Shown here: positions 50,011 to 60,970 of the stretch, in pieces | How the letters are laid out: each line of letters begins with the position of its first letter | How positions within the stretch are numbered: position 1 is the stretch's first letter | Assembly: GCF_035084215.1 (NCBI RefSeq) | Contig: NC_090346.1 | Coordinates: forward strand, 38,316,001 to 38,380,000 | Length of the DNA stretch: 64,000 nucleotides | Origin: Heptranchias perlo | Taxonomy: Eukaryota | Reading direction: 5' to 3' | Program-made: the position numbers and the translations under genes | Notes under the pieces: generated by a model | Databases searched by the model: none | What the model saw: only the letters and a program-made list of their open reading frames with translations | What the model was told of the DNA's origin: nothing

Positions 50011-50637
50011 TGATTGGTGTGGAGAAAAGAAGCTTAGGGTTATCTTTGATCCATTACCCTCTTTTCAGGTACCGTGTGTTTCCAGCATTTTTTGTAATTA
50101 AGAGATCTGGCTGTATTTTCAAATCTGTTTTCCAATACATGATTTTACATTTATTATTTAATAAACCATATTTAAAATGTTATGCTACTGCCTCTTGTAG
50201 AGGGACATGAGGCAAAACTGCCTGTAACCAGCACAGGGTGAGCAGAAACCTTAAATAGCTTAATATGATAATGCGTTAATTACCACTTTCCAAAGTTCTT
50301 TTGTTAAGGGAAAGCTAATGTACCCTAATTCCTAAATTATGTAAATGGCTGGGGCGTGATTATAAGTAGAATAATTATGGGATGAGAAAGGATAATAAAC
50401 TGAAATGCACAATGGTAATTACACATAATGTAAGAACTCATTCTACTCATTGCCAATTGGACTCACCACCTAAACTGAAGAGCATTTCAATTATTAAATT
50501 AAAGCCATTCCAAGTATGGGTTTGGACATTCTCTTGTAATGTTATTAAAAAAGCTTATATTTTGGACCTCAACTTAAGATTGTAATGTTGCAAAAATTTT
50601 GAATCTGCAGTTTGGCTCGAGTGGATACAGAAATACT

Positions 50638-50824
50638 GGTGCTGAAATTGCTTAGAGGCTCTCCTGGTCTCATATCATAACTGTGGTGGAAGTCCAGAGA
50701 AACGGCATAAATGGCCAATTTCAGCTGTTTACACCATTTCCTCCATGGTTTCACCAATCTCCTGCCAGGATAACGACAGGGTAATGACTGGAGACTGGGA
50801 GAACCATTGTGCAATTTCAGGATC
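50638..50824. mobile_element. 187-bp palindromic MITE, ACT target duplication
   Basis: GGTGCTGAAATTGC...GCAATTTCAGGATC flanked by ACT. Confidence 0.7.
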
Positions 50825-52577
50825 ACTATTTTTTGGTACCACCATTTAAGGAGACATTTCTGTACAGGATTTCTGACCATCCTGTCGCGTGATGTATTAT
50901 AGATGAGGACGCTCATCAGAAGTTTAGTCTCTTTCCTGCCGCATAACAAAGTTTAAGTCTGGAGAGTACAGAAGGAATGGAGGAGAGTGAAGCTGGAGGT
51001 CTCCCCCACGCTCAAGGTCAGTATCATTCGCTTCTCTTGTTTTTTCTCCACTCTCTCTCTTGCACTCACTCATAAATACACTCCAGCATACCACAATTAC
51101 ACACAGTATATAGCCATACAAACACAGATTGAGCAAATCTCTTAAAACCAAAATTCAAACAAATGTTCTTCTTCTGTTTCTATAGTTAACCCGAAGACTC
51201 AGCCCAACCTGCCATATAAATGGAATAAGCTGGCATCTCACATCACTGTGTCAAATAATTCTCCCATCACAAGCATCAGTACAGCTAAATCCATCCTGGG
51301 ATTTCTGATAGTCAGTTTGAGGATGGCGCGCTGAGTGAGACACAGAAAACAAGAGTGCAGGAGCTTGTGGTGGTGGCAGTGGAGGAGCAGGAACCTATGG
51401 GACAGAAAAGCAGTTCACTTCCTTCTTCAGCTGCAGAGCCCTGGGATTCACAGCTCACTGGACCTGCATTGAAAAGAAGGTAGCTATCTGATCAAAAACA
51501 TTTCATGCAGTTATATTAAGAGTGTGCAAGATCTGGCGATGACTGTAGTGAAGTCCAGTACTCTCATCTATGCACTTGTATATGATCACTACAGTCTATC
51601 CAGGTGCAACTACAGTGAAGCCCTCCTGTGACAGCGGTCTTTTGCACAATGTGAGTATTTCTCATGAATGCTCACTGCTGCTATGAAGGCTTTGGGCTCC
51701 AATCTCCAAGGGAGCTCTTGTATGGCTTCATATTTCAGGGCTTAATAGTGACCAGCAGCAGCTCCCTTGCAGATCATTTGATAGACTGAGGGAATCTCCA
51801 GCTGCAAGGCACAGCTGGTGTAGGCACGCATGAGGTTGCTGTTAGGGCGATGCCACATCGGCTCATCCAGCCCTCCCTCCACTCAAATGATAGCGGGAGG
51901 TGCCAGATAGTGGGCAGGACAAGCCAGCCACCACATGATGCTTGAGCAAGTATAGAGCTGAATTGTCTATATGTGGGCAGGACAGATGATGCATTGGGCA
52001 GATCAGGCATTTAAGTGAAGGTCTTCTCTATTGGATCTTGGAGTCTGACTCTTGCTGCCTGTGAAGATGTTTCAGCAGGGATATCTTCCGGATCATTGTC
52101 AGGGTCCTGCTTTGCCCTTGGCTGTGGGTGACTTCCTTCTCTTCCAGTTTATTGGTTAGGCCTCTCTGGGTGGCAAAGTTGTATAGCTTGATGCAAATTA
52201 CTATAATCCTGGAGACCCTGGCAAGGCTGTACTTTAATACACCTTCTGATCTGTCCAGCATTTGAAGAATTGCTTTGAGATGCCTATGGTACACTGATTA
52301 GAGAGCCTGATGGCTGCATGAGCCCTGTATCATTGCTTAGCTGGTGTAGAAGGTAGCCCTGGCCAATTGGAAGCCATCCTTCCAGTTCTCCATTTCCTTT
52401 AAATAGCCCAGGAATCGAAGATTAAAATTGAGACATCGTGATTGCTGTTTGAGAAGCACATGATCCTGTGTTGTTAATCTTTGATGACCTGATGTGGAGA
52501 TGCCGGTGATGGACTGGGGTTGACAATTGTAAACAATTTTACAACACCAAGTTATAGTCCAGCAATTTTATTTTAAA

Positions 52578-52616
52578 TTCACAAGCTTTCGGAGGCTTCC
52601 TCCTTCGTCAGGTGAA
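52578..52616 (-). ncRNA. Minimal type I hammerhead ribozyme motif
   Basis: Mirror image of 52626-52664. Confidence 0.75.
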
Positions 52617-52625
52617 CGAACATCG

Positions 52626-52664
52626 TTCACCTGACGAAGGAGGAAGCCTCCGAAAGCTTGTGAA
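52626..52664 (+). ncRNA. Minimal type I hammerhead ribozyme motif
   Basis: TTCAC-CTGACGA-A-GGAGG-AAG-CCTCC-GAAA-GC-TT-GTGAA: CUGANGA/GAAA core, 5-bp stems I and II, palindromic AAGCTT stem III. Confidence 0.75.
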
Positions 52665-53344
52665 TTTAAAATAAAATTGCTGGACTATAACTTGGTGTTG
52701 TAAAATTGTTTACAATTTGATGACCTGGACACTGATGAAATGGATGCTCTGCTTATTTATCAAGGCCATGGGATTTTGAACAGGCTCAGATGGCAACACG
52801 GTTGCAGTCAATAATATCCTAGACGCTGGGTAATCCTGCAATGAGCAAATATTGCAGTGTCTTCACACTCTTCTGGTTTTCCATGGGAAAAGTGGTGAAA
52901 ATGTTTGGTTTGCTTGATGCATTTGTGCATCCTGGATTCACTGATATTGCTGATGTCCACTGCCGTAGCTTGGAATGAACCCGAGGCATAAAAGTTCACG
53001 ACTGCGCTGATCTTCACTGCTACTAGCATTGCTGCCCCTGTGGTGAAAGTTTTCTATCGATCAGATTCCAACAGATGGCACAACTTCATCACTGCCTCCC
53101 TGGTGATGTCAAGCCTGCAAAGGCAGTCGTACTAGGACATTCCCAGATTGGGCTCGGACATAAAGGTGCATAAACGCAGGTGCAAACAGTTTACTTCTGG
53201 TGCAAGTGCACTTCTCTCATATTCCTGCTTCCATCTCTTCCTCCCCCAGAAACCTTAAATAGAGCAGAACACCCATAGGAGTTCCCTTATTGAAAATTTT
53301 GATTTTAGCAATCAAAAATCTGGCAAATAAAAATGCAGCAAAGC

Positions 53345-53510
53345 ACCCAGCAATCACAAAACCAACCATCACAAATCCAGCAACCACTAATCTAACCATC
53401 GTAAATCCAACCATCACCAATCAAAACCATCTCTAATCCAACCATCATTAATCCAACTATCAGTAATCTAACCATCTATAATCCAATCATTACTAATCAA
53501 AACCATCAGG
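53345..53510. repeat. Degenerate ~15-bp tandem repeat (AATCCAACCATCACT-like)
   Basis: About ten imperfect units just inside a TIR-like GGAATCCAGCCC at 53509-53520. Confidence 0.7.
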
Positions 53511-54989
53511 AATCCAGCCCTGGCTTGCCCATTCCATTTCGTTATGAATTATGGCACTGGCCGGGAAATCTACCTTCCTGAAAGTACTTACTGCATCATA
53601 TGATTAAGCTCCATTCTAGACGAGAGTTTGAGAGTTCTCTAATGCTGCTGTTAATACTTTTAACCCTGGCATAATGACACTGTTGTTGGGCGAGTGACCT
53701 GACATTAAAATGTTGCCTCAACTGCACCTTCAGGCTTCTGCCTGTCTGTAGTGATAGCATTCCTGTTTCCTTCGAAACTCAGAGGCATCATTGTGCATAT
53801 GCAGTTATATATTGTGTCTGTGCATTTCCAGTTATGTACTGGGTCTGTGCATTCGCAGTTGTATCTGCATCCGCAGTTGAATTGTCGATCTCAGAAGATG
53901 TGGAAGCACGCAGTGCTGATAATGTTGGCATCAGATAGATGAGATAACACCAGCATGAAACACTTGGCTGTCAGCTTCTGATTTACTCGCTACACTGCCC
54001 TATATGCCAGCACAGTCCACTCATTCACACAGCATCGCCCAATTCACTTTCTCCATATGTTTTGTAAGTAAGACTGACAGAGCCTGCGGCCTTTTCCTAA
54101 AGTGTGTGGGGGTCATTATTATGCTGGAAGACAGTAGAAAGGTCTAGGGAATTACTCTTGACACGTAAGTAAGATATTGTGGCAAAATTATTGACTGTAC
54201 ATAAATGAATCAAACTCATTTCAGATGTACCTGTCATATAATTAATACATTTACATTCCCTGGATAAATGGGGCAGATAGTTGAGATTGTCTGCCCACAT
54301 TAATTAATGCAAAATTTGGAGTAGTGACTTCAAAAACAAGCACACGATTAGAGCAACGTGACAGCTCCATAATTAAAGTGTCATTTAAATTGAGCAAACT
54401 TGTTGTCAGGAAGTACGCAAAGTAAAATTAAAATGACTTTGGAATAGCAAAGAAACACACTATACAGTAAAACTAGCAGCTTTACTGCATTGCAAAACTC
54501 CTGTCAGAAAAACTTCACAGGGTCAAAACAGGGGTTTCCAATAGCACGGGCAATAACTAGACCCCCTCAATGTTTCCAGTGAAATTCCTGAATGGCTTTA
54601 AAGATGCGATCATAAACCTACAGCAGATTCAAGGACTACAATTAAATTGGATAATGTGTTTCCATTTTGTTGGAATTACTGAACAGCAGTGGAGAAGGAC
54701 AAGATCCATTTAGGAGTTCATATAGAACACCAACAGCATCTCCATAAGGTGGCACCAATGAACACCCTTTAAGGAATGCCTTCATTGTAGTTTAGTTAGT
54801 GCGGGTTGATGTAATTGTTTTGGGCCAATTTATTGTGCACATAGGCGGAGAGGATTATAAGTGCAGTGGGTGTATGTGGCACTTAGCTGAAAGATTGCTG
54901 TATGAGGGCCTATCATATGGCTCTTGCTGCCTGAAACAGCCTTTGGCTGTGGGTGGACTTTCTCCTCCCTCTCATCCAGTATGAGACTT

Positions 54990-56300
54990 CTCTGGATAGC
55001 AATTTGTGAAACGTGTGGCAGACTACAATAATCTTGGAGGTCCTGGAAGAGCTATCTTGGAAGACAGTCTTGATCTATTCAGGGATCTGAAGCGCTACTT
55101 CAAGATGCCTATAGTATGTTCGATAATGATCCTATTTACTGCATGGGCCTCGTTGCTTCTTCACTCTTTTGCTGTTTGTGGATATCAGTAGTAACCTGAG
55201 CAAGGGCTGCAGAAGGTAGCATCGATCTCCTAGAAGCCATTCTTGTTGCCTTCTTCTTCAAACAGCCCAGGTAATAGCGTCAAGACTCCTCTCTGGAAAG
55301 TCGAGCACTGACCTGCATGATTCTGCGTTGCTGAACAATGACCATCAATAGAGTGAGAACTCCTTGCAAGTTATTAAGGCCTTGGGGTTATTTGCACGAA
55401 TCTAGATGGCCGCATGGATGCCATCAACAACACCCTGAACAATGGAGAATCCTGCTGTGGAAAAAATTGCAGGATCCTCTAATTCTGTTCCCAGGTTTGC
55501 AATGAAGATATAAATTTGATCGACTTGGCAAACTACGCAACAGTGACCTACACAAATCATTGGTTGGACCACAGTTAGATTATTATGTCCAGTTTTAGGC
55601 ACTTTACTTTAGAAAGGATGCCAAGGTCGTGGAAATGGTGCAGAAGAGCTTCACTAGGATGATACTAGGGATGTGAGGCTTTAATTATGAGAAAATACTA
55701 GAGAAACCGCGGCTCTTTTCATTACAACGAAGAAGATTAAGAGGTGTTCAGAATTATGAGCGTTTTGATAAATTAATATGGGGAAAAGTGGTTAGTGAGT
55801 TGGTAACTGTAGGGTGTAAATTTAAATTGTCACCAAAGAATGAAGGGAGAGGTTAGGAGAATTTTTTTTATGTATGCAGAGAATTGTTAGGACATGAAAT
55901 TCCCTATCAGAAGCAGAAGTCATAATTGATTTTAAAAGGTGAGTGGATAAAATTGCAAGGATGTGAGGAAAGGGTCTGATTGGATAGCTCTTTCAAATAC
56001 GATGGGCTGAATAGCCTCCTTCTGTGCTATAAAATGCTATGATTCTATGATAGAGTGTGTGGGTTGACTGATGTTGCTGATGTCCTCTATTGAAGCAAGG
56101 AATGAGCCTGATGTATAAAAGCTCAGGGCTGTGGTAACTTATGCTGTCACTGGTAGTGCCATCACTGTGGTGGAGGTTGCCTGCAACTCAGTTTTGAGCG
56201 GACATCACAGATCTGTGACAGCCACCCTGCTGAATCAGAGCCGGTGAAGATAATTTTCATTAGACATTCCTGAGTAAGCATGCCTGGGTCTCTGGACACT
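54990..56300 (-). pseudogene. Highly decayed HARBI1-like transposase split by a CR1 insertion
   Basis: Hand translation of the minus strand: ALPVTA*VTTALSFYTSGSF (~56090-56160), AGFSIVQGVVDGIHAAI (55402-55460), WLLGDRCYLLQP and RIIIEHTIGILK*RFRSL (~55080-55240). Confidence 0.8.
55545..56051 (+). mobile_element. Old CR1-type LINE 3' fragment
   Basis: cattggttggaccacagttagattattatgtccagtttt...ctatgattctatga. Confidence 0.8.
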
Positions 56301-56454
56301 GCTGTATGAGTAAGAGCAGGTAAGAGCAGGTTAGCGCAGTCTGGTTTTGACTTCCATTCCTCCTTTCAACCCTTCAAATAACACAAAAAGAGAGGAACCA
56401 TTGAACAATTAAGGTATCACATGCCTAACGTTAAGAGTCCACCTTTAAATATAC

Positions 56455-57175
56455 TTTTTTCTTTGGAGCAGAGGAGGCTGAGAGGTGATTTAATTGAGGT
56501 ATATAAAATTATGAGGGGCCTAGATAGAGTGGACAGGAAGGAACTATTTCCCTTAGCAGAAAGGTCAATATCCAGGGGGCATAGATTTAAAGTGATTGAT
56601 AGAAGGATTAGAAGGGAGCTGGAGAAAATTTTTAAAGATTTAGCATAATTTTCCTGCTTTTGTACTCTTATGCCTCTATTTATAAAGCCCAGGATCCCAT
56701 ATGCTTTTTTAACAGCCTTCTCAACTTGTTCTGCCACCTTCAAAGATTTGTGTGCGTACACCTCCCAGGTCTCTCTATTCCTGCACCCCCTTTAAAATTG
56801 TACCATTTAGTTTATGTTGCCTCTCCCCAGTCTTCCTGCTAAAATGTATCACTTCACACTTCTCTACATTAAATTTCATCTGTCATATGTCTGCCCATTT
56901 CACCAGTCTGTCTATTTCCTCCTGATGTCTGTTACAATCCTCCTCATTGTTTACTACATTTCCGAGTTTTGTGTCATCTGCAAACTTTGAAATTATGCCC
57001 TGTGTACCCAAGTCCAGGTCATTAATATATATCAAAAAGAGCAGCGGCCCTAATACTGACCCCTGGGGAACACCTTGTAAACTCCCTTCAAGTCTGAAAA
57101 ACAACCGTTCACTACTACTCTCTGCATCTGTCCCTTAGCCAATTTCTTATCCATACTGCCACTGTTCCTTTAATT
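56455..57175. mobile_element. Rearranged CR1: + strand 3' piece (56455-56630) joined tail-to-tail to a - strand RT piece (56640-57175)
   Basis: ORFs 56421-56648 (+) and 56883-57104 (-, [10 protein letters not shown]...FADD). Confidence 0.85.
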
Positions 57176-58114
57176 CCTAATTCTATAATTTAGGAATACT
57201 TTTAAATGATAATCTCAATCAAGCAATTGTATTGTAACCCAGTCAGGGGCTGAGCAAGGCTACAGACAGTGAGTTGAAAGTCCTGGAGGAATCTCCACAG
57301 AATGACAAAAGCTAGCAATAAGATGGAAACCTAATCAATCATGTATGGTCCTCACTGCACCAAGAAGCTGTTCCAGTGTGCTGTATACTAAAAAAAAATG
57401 ATGAATTGACAACAGGCTATTGTAAACTTGGTGCCAGCTTTAAATCCTAATACTCATGGCTAATGTTGAAGAACAGTAAATAACATGTAATAGTTGATGT
57501 GGAGAAGCTTTATACATATGAGAGGTAAAAATTAGTCAGATGAATTCTAGAATAATATATCTACTGTAATAATACACTGCAATAGGTCTCTTTTATATAA
57601 AATAGGGGATAACCATGCAGTGCACATATATGCTTCTCAAAGCAATCAGAGCACAAAGTACAGGATATCCGTGCTTGGCCCACCAGTCATTCCAAACCTT
57701 GTTTGGCTAATCATCTTTGGGGAGATGAAGCTTATCATCAGAGGAACCAGAGAATGTCATTAACAAGTGATCGGATCATGATGCGGGTATGTTTCTGATG
57801 AGAGTGATGGCTTAGACTGCATAATTGTGTGAGAACTGCTGAATACTGCGAAGATTTGTGTCCTTAGGCAGTCTCATTCCAATTCATCCTACATTACAAT
57901 CAGTCTGATACATTTCGTTCATTTCTGTTTCAAACCACCTAGTCCTTTTCTTTTACTAATTCTCCTCACCTTTAGCTTTCCTCCTCTCCTGAGGCACTGA
58001 TGGGGTACAGCTCCATGAGTTGTCAGCAGGCCTCCAGTAACCTGCAAATTGTAATTCTTCACCTGTGAGCCTACACCAGTGATTTTTAAACTTTTATGTG
58101 TGGGGGAACTGTCC

Positions 58115-58545
58115 TTGCTGACCTACATTGGCTCTTGTGGGGTCCCCCAATGCCTCCAATTTAAAATTCCGGTCGTCGTAGTTAAATCCCTTGATAGCCT
58201 CGTCCCTCCCTATTTCTGTAACCTTCTCCAGCCCTTCAATCCAACCCCTGAACTCTCAGTTCCTCTGACTGACATTTTGTGCATCCCCTTCCCTTTGCCC
58301 CAACATTGGCAGCCATGCCTTCAGCCCTCTAAGACCCACGCTCTGGAATTATCCCCTAAACCCCTTTGCCTCTCCTCCTTTAAGACCCTCCTTAAAACCC
58401 ACCTCTTTAAGCAAGCTGTTAGTCACCCCTGCTAACAGCTCCTTCTTTGTCTTGGCATCCATTTTTGTCTGATTGTGCTCTGTGAGGTGCCTTGGGATGT
58501 TTTTGTACATTACAGGTGGTATATAAATGCAAGTTGTTGTTGTTA
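58115..58545 (+). mobile_element. L2-type LINE 3' end
   Basis: FKTLLKTHLFKQA; tail atataaatgcaagttgttgttgtt. Confidence 0.8.
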
Positions 58546-58891
58546 AAGGGGCAACCACAACTCTCAGTTACTCTGAGGAATATATCTAAAGTTGATTTTT
58601 TTTTAAAAAGTAATATTTATCTTTCTTTCCTGTGTTAATATGTTTGTGATTTTCCTTTCCACGAGCACGTAACCTGACTCCATACACATGCAAAAAGCAG
58701 TTTATGTTATAACCCTGACAACCATCTTCAAGCGAAATACCCTGTGAAACGGTCAATTTATATTGAAACTGTTAACATTTAAAGCTATACATGCCTCAGC
58801 TCTGACTCGAGGATGCTTAAGTAATAATGATTTGAATATCAACCAGTAATTTTCCATGGGTGAATGCTAATTATGGCTTTCCTTTTATCTG

Positions 58892-59003
58892 ATCGCATGC
58901 TCACATTACTGTCAGTCCTTTCTCGCCCAACACTGTGTAAATTTTGAATCGCATGCTCACATTACTGTCAGTCCTTTCTCGCCCAACACTGTGTAAATTT
59001 TGA
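58892..59003. repeat. Perfect 56-bp tandem duplication
   Basis: atcgcatgctcacattactgtcagtcctttctcgcccaacactgtgtaaattttga occurs twice. Confidence 0.95.
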
Positions 59004-59474
59004 ATTGAGATATGTAGAGAGTATTAGATACTCACCAGCGATTTGCACCAGAAGTCTAATCAAGGGCTTCAAATCAGGTTATGAACTATAATGTGAACTC
59101 CTGGCTCCACAAAGTCTCTGGCCCTCGGCAGCTATTTTCCCCTTGTTTAAAACAAGTTCAGATGGACCCAGCTGGATACAAATGAATACTGTTTATTGAA
59201 AAACAAAAAAGTAGGTTATTTAATCAGACACAATACTGGCAACATGCCATGCTGCTATACATTGCCTGGAGATCTAAACCAGTAAATTTGAATCGAGTAA
59301 TCTGGTTCACATGCAGTACATCACAAATTACTTTATTACGTGGACTACATCTTATCCGGTTTAGAAATAAAAGATCACAAGAACGAAGGATGTGGAGATG
59401 CCGGTGATGGACTGGGGTTGACAATTGTAAACAATTTTACAACACCAAGTTATAGTCCAACGATTTTATTTGAA

Positions 59475-59515
59475 ATTTACAAGCTTTCGGAGGTTTCCTC
59501 CTTCCTCAGGTAAAT
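59475..59515 (-). ncRNA. Minimal type I hammerhead ribozyme motif
   Basis: Reverse complement ATTTAC-CTGAGGA-A-GGAGG-AAA-CCTCC-GAAA-GC-TT-GTAAAT. Confidence 0.75.
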
Positions 59516-59780
59516 GTCAGGAACTCCTCGAAGCCTACGCATTTATAAATCACAGAACAATACATGGTGATTACAGATAGTCTTTGCAACTGCCCGTTGC
59601 CAAGGCAATCACAGTGTTCAGACAGAGAGGTGTTACCTGCAGAGCCCCCGAATATACAGTCAACAAAAAAAACACAAACAGAAAAAAAACAGAGAGAGAG
59701 GCAGAAACATCCAGAAGGCAGAGAAAGCCAGCAAATGACCTGTTATATTAAAAACAGATAGCTTTTGTTCACTGGTGGGG

Positions 59781-60620
59781 TTACGTGTAGCGTGACATGA
59801 ACCCAAGATCCCGGTTGAGGCCGTCCTCATGGGTGCGGAACTTGGCTATCAATTTCTGCTCGACGATTTTGCGTTGTCGTGTGTCTCGAAGGCCGCCTTG
59901 GAGTACGCTTACCCGAAGGTCGGTGGCTGAATGTCCCTGACTGCTGAAGTGTTCCCCGACTGGGAGGGAACCCTCCTGTCTGGCGATTGTTGCGCGGTGT
60001 CTGTTCATCTGTTGTCGCAGCGTCTGCATGGTCTCGCCAATGTACCATGCTCTGGGGCATCCTTTCCTGCAACGTATGAGGTAGACAACGTTGGCCGAGT
60101 CACAGGAGTATGAACCATGCACCTGGTGGGTGGTGTCCTCTCGTGTGATGGTGGTATCTGTGTCGATGATCTGGCATGTCTTGCAGAGGTTACCGTGGCA
60201 GGGTTGTGTAGTGTCGTGGATGCTGTTCTCCTGAAAGCTGGGTAATTTGCTGCGAACGATAGTCTGTTTGAGGTTGGGTGGCTGTTTAAAGGCGAGTAGT
60301 GGAGGTGTGGGGATGGCCATAGCGAGTTGTTCGTCGTCATTGATGACATGTTGAAGGCTGCGGAGAACATGGCGTAGTTTCTCCGCTCCAGGGAAGTACT
60401 GGACGACGAAGGGTACTCTGTTGGTTGCGTCCCGTGTTAGTCTTCTGAGGAGGTCTATGCGATTTTTCGCTGTGGCCCGTCGGAACTGTCGATCGATGAG
60501 TCGAGCGTCATATCCCGTTCTTACTAGGGCGTCTTTCAACGTCTGTAGGTGTCCATCGCGTTCCTCCTCGTCTGAGCAGACCCTGTGTATTCACAGGGCC
60601 TGTCCATAGGGGATGGCCTC
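59781..60620 (-). pseudogene. Inverted duplicate of the Penelope ORF 3' part (thumb, Cys linker, GIY-YIG)
   Basis: Near-identical reverse complement of 61721-62560. Confidence 0.92.
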
Positions 60621-60970
60621 AGTTTGACATGTATGCCCAAGCTGTCAGGAAATGCGTCAATGCCAGATTCATCGGGCGCACTCAGAAGACAGTCCAGAAT
60701 GTCACCCGAGCACAACGCAACGCCATCAACGCTCTCAAGACCAACCGCAACATCGTCATCAAACTAGCGGACAAAGGAGGAGCCATCGTCATACAGAACA
60801 GAACGGATTATTGCAAATAAGCATACCGACAACTGGACAACCAGGAACACTACAGACGGTTACCCGCAGATCCGACCAAAGAACACACCCACCAGCTCAA
60901 CAAACTGATCAAGACCTTCGATCCAGTCCTTCAAAGCATCCTACGCACTCTCATCCCACGTACTCCCCGC

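Larger units (their letters stand above)
52492..52717. mobile_element. Penelope-like pLTR fold-back mini-element (tail plus ~95-bp perfect arms, 3-nt spacer)
   Basis: Arms 52525-52619 / 52623-52717; flanked by TTTGATGACCTG twice (52480-52491, 52716-52727); start identical to 59391. Confidence 0.9.
52028..53130 (-). pseudogene. Highly decayed HARBI1-like transposase interrupted by a Penelope hairpin
   Basis: VAVKISAVVNFYASGSFQATAVDISNISESRMHKCIKQ and LDRSEGVLKYSLARVSRIIVIC..LYNFATQRG; accessory-gene-like remnant (GPALKRR) at ~51460 on the + strand. Confidence 0.8.

Noticed and set aside
52492-52717. DNA-transposon MITE or pre-miRNA interpretation of the hairpin
   Set aside because: The arms match the pLTR of the RT/GIY-YIG element at 59391, and the target duplications are long and variable.
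56455-57175. Twin-priming inversion of a CR1
   Set aside because: The pieces meet tail-to-tail and lack the 3' terminus, which is not twin-priming geometry; more likely a later inversion/deletion or two insertions.
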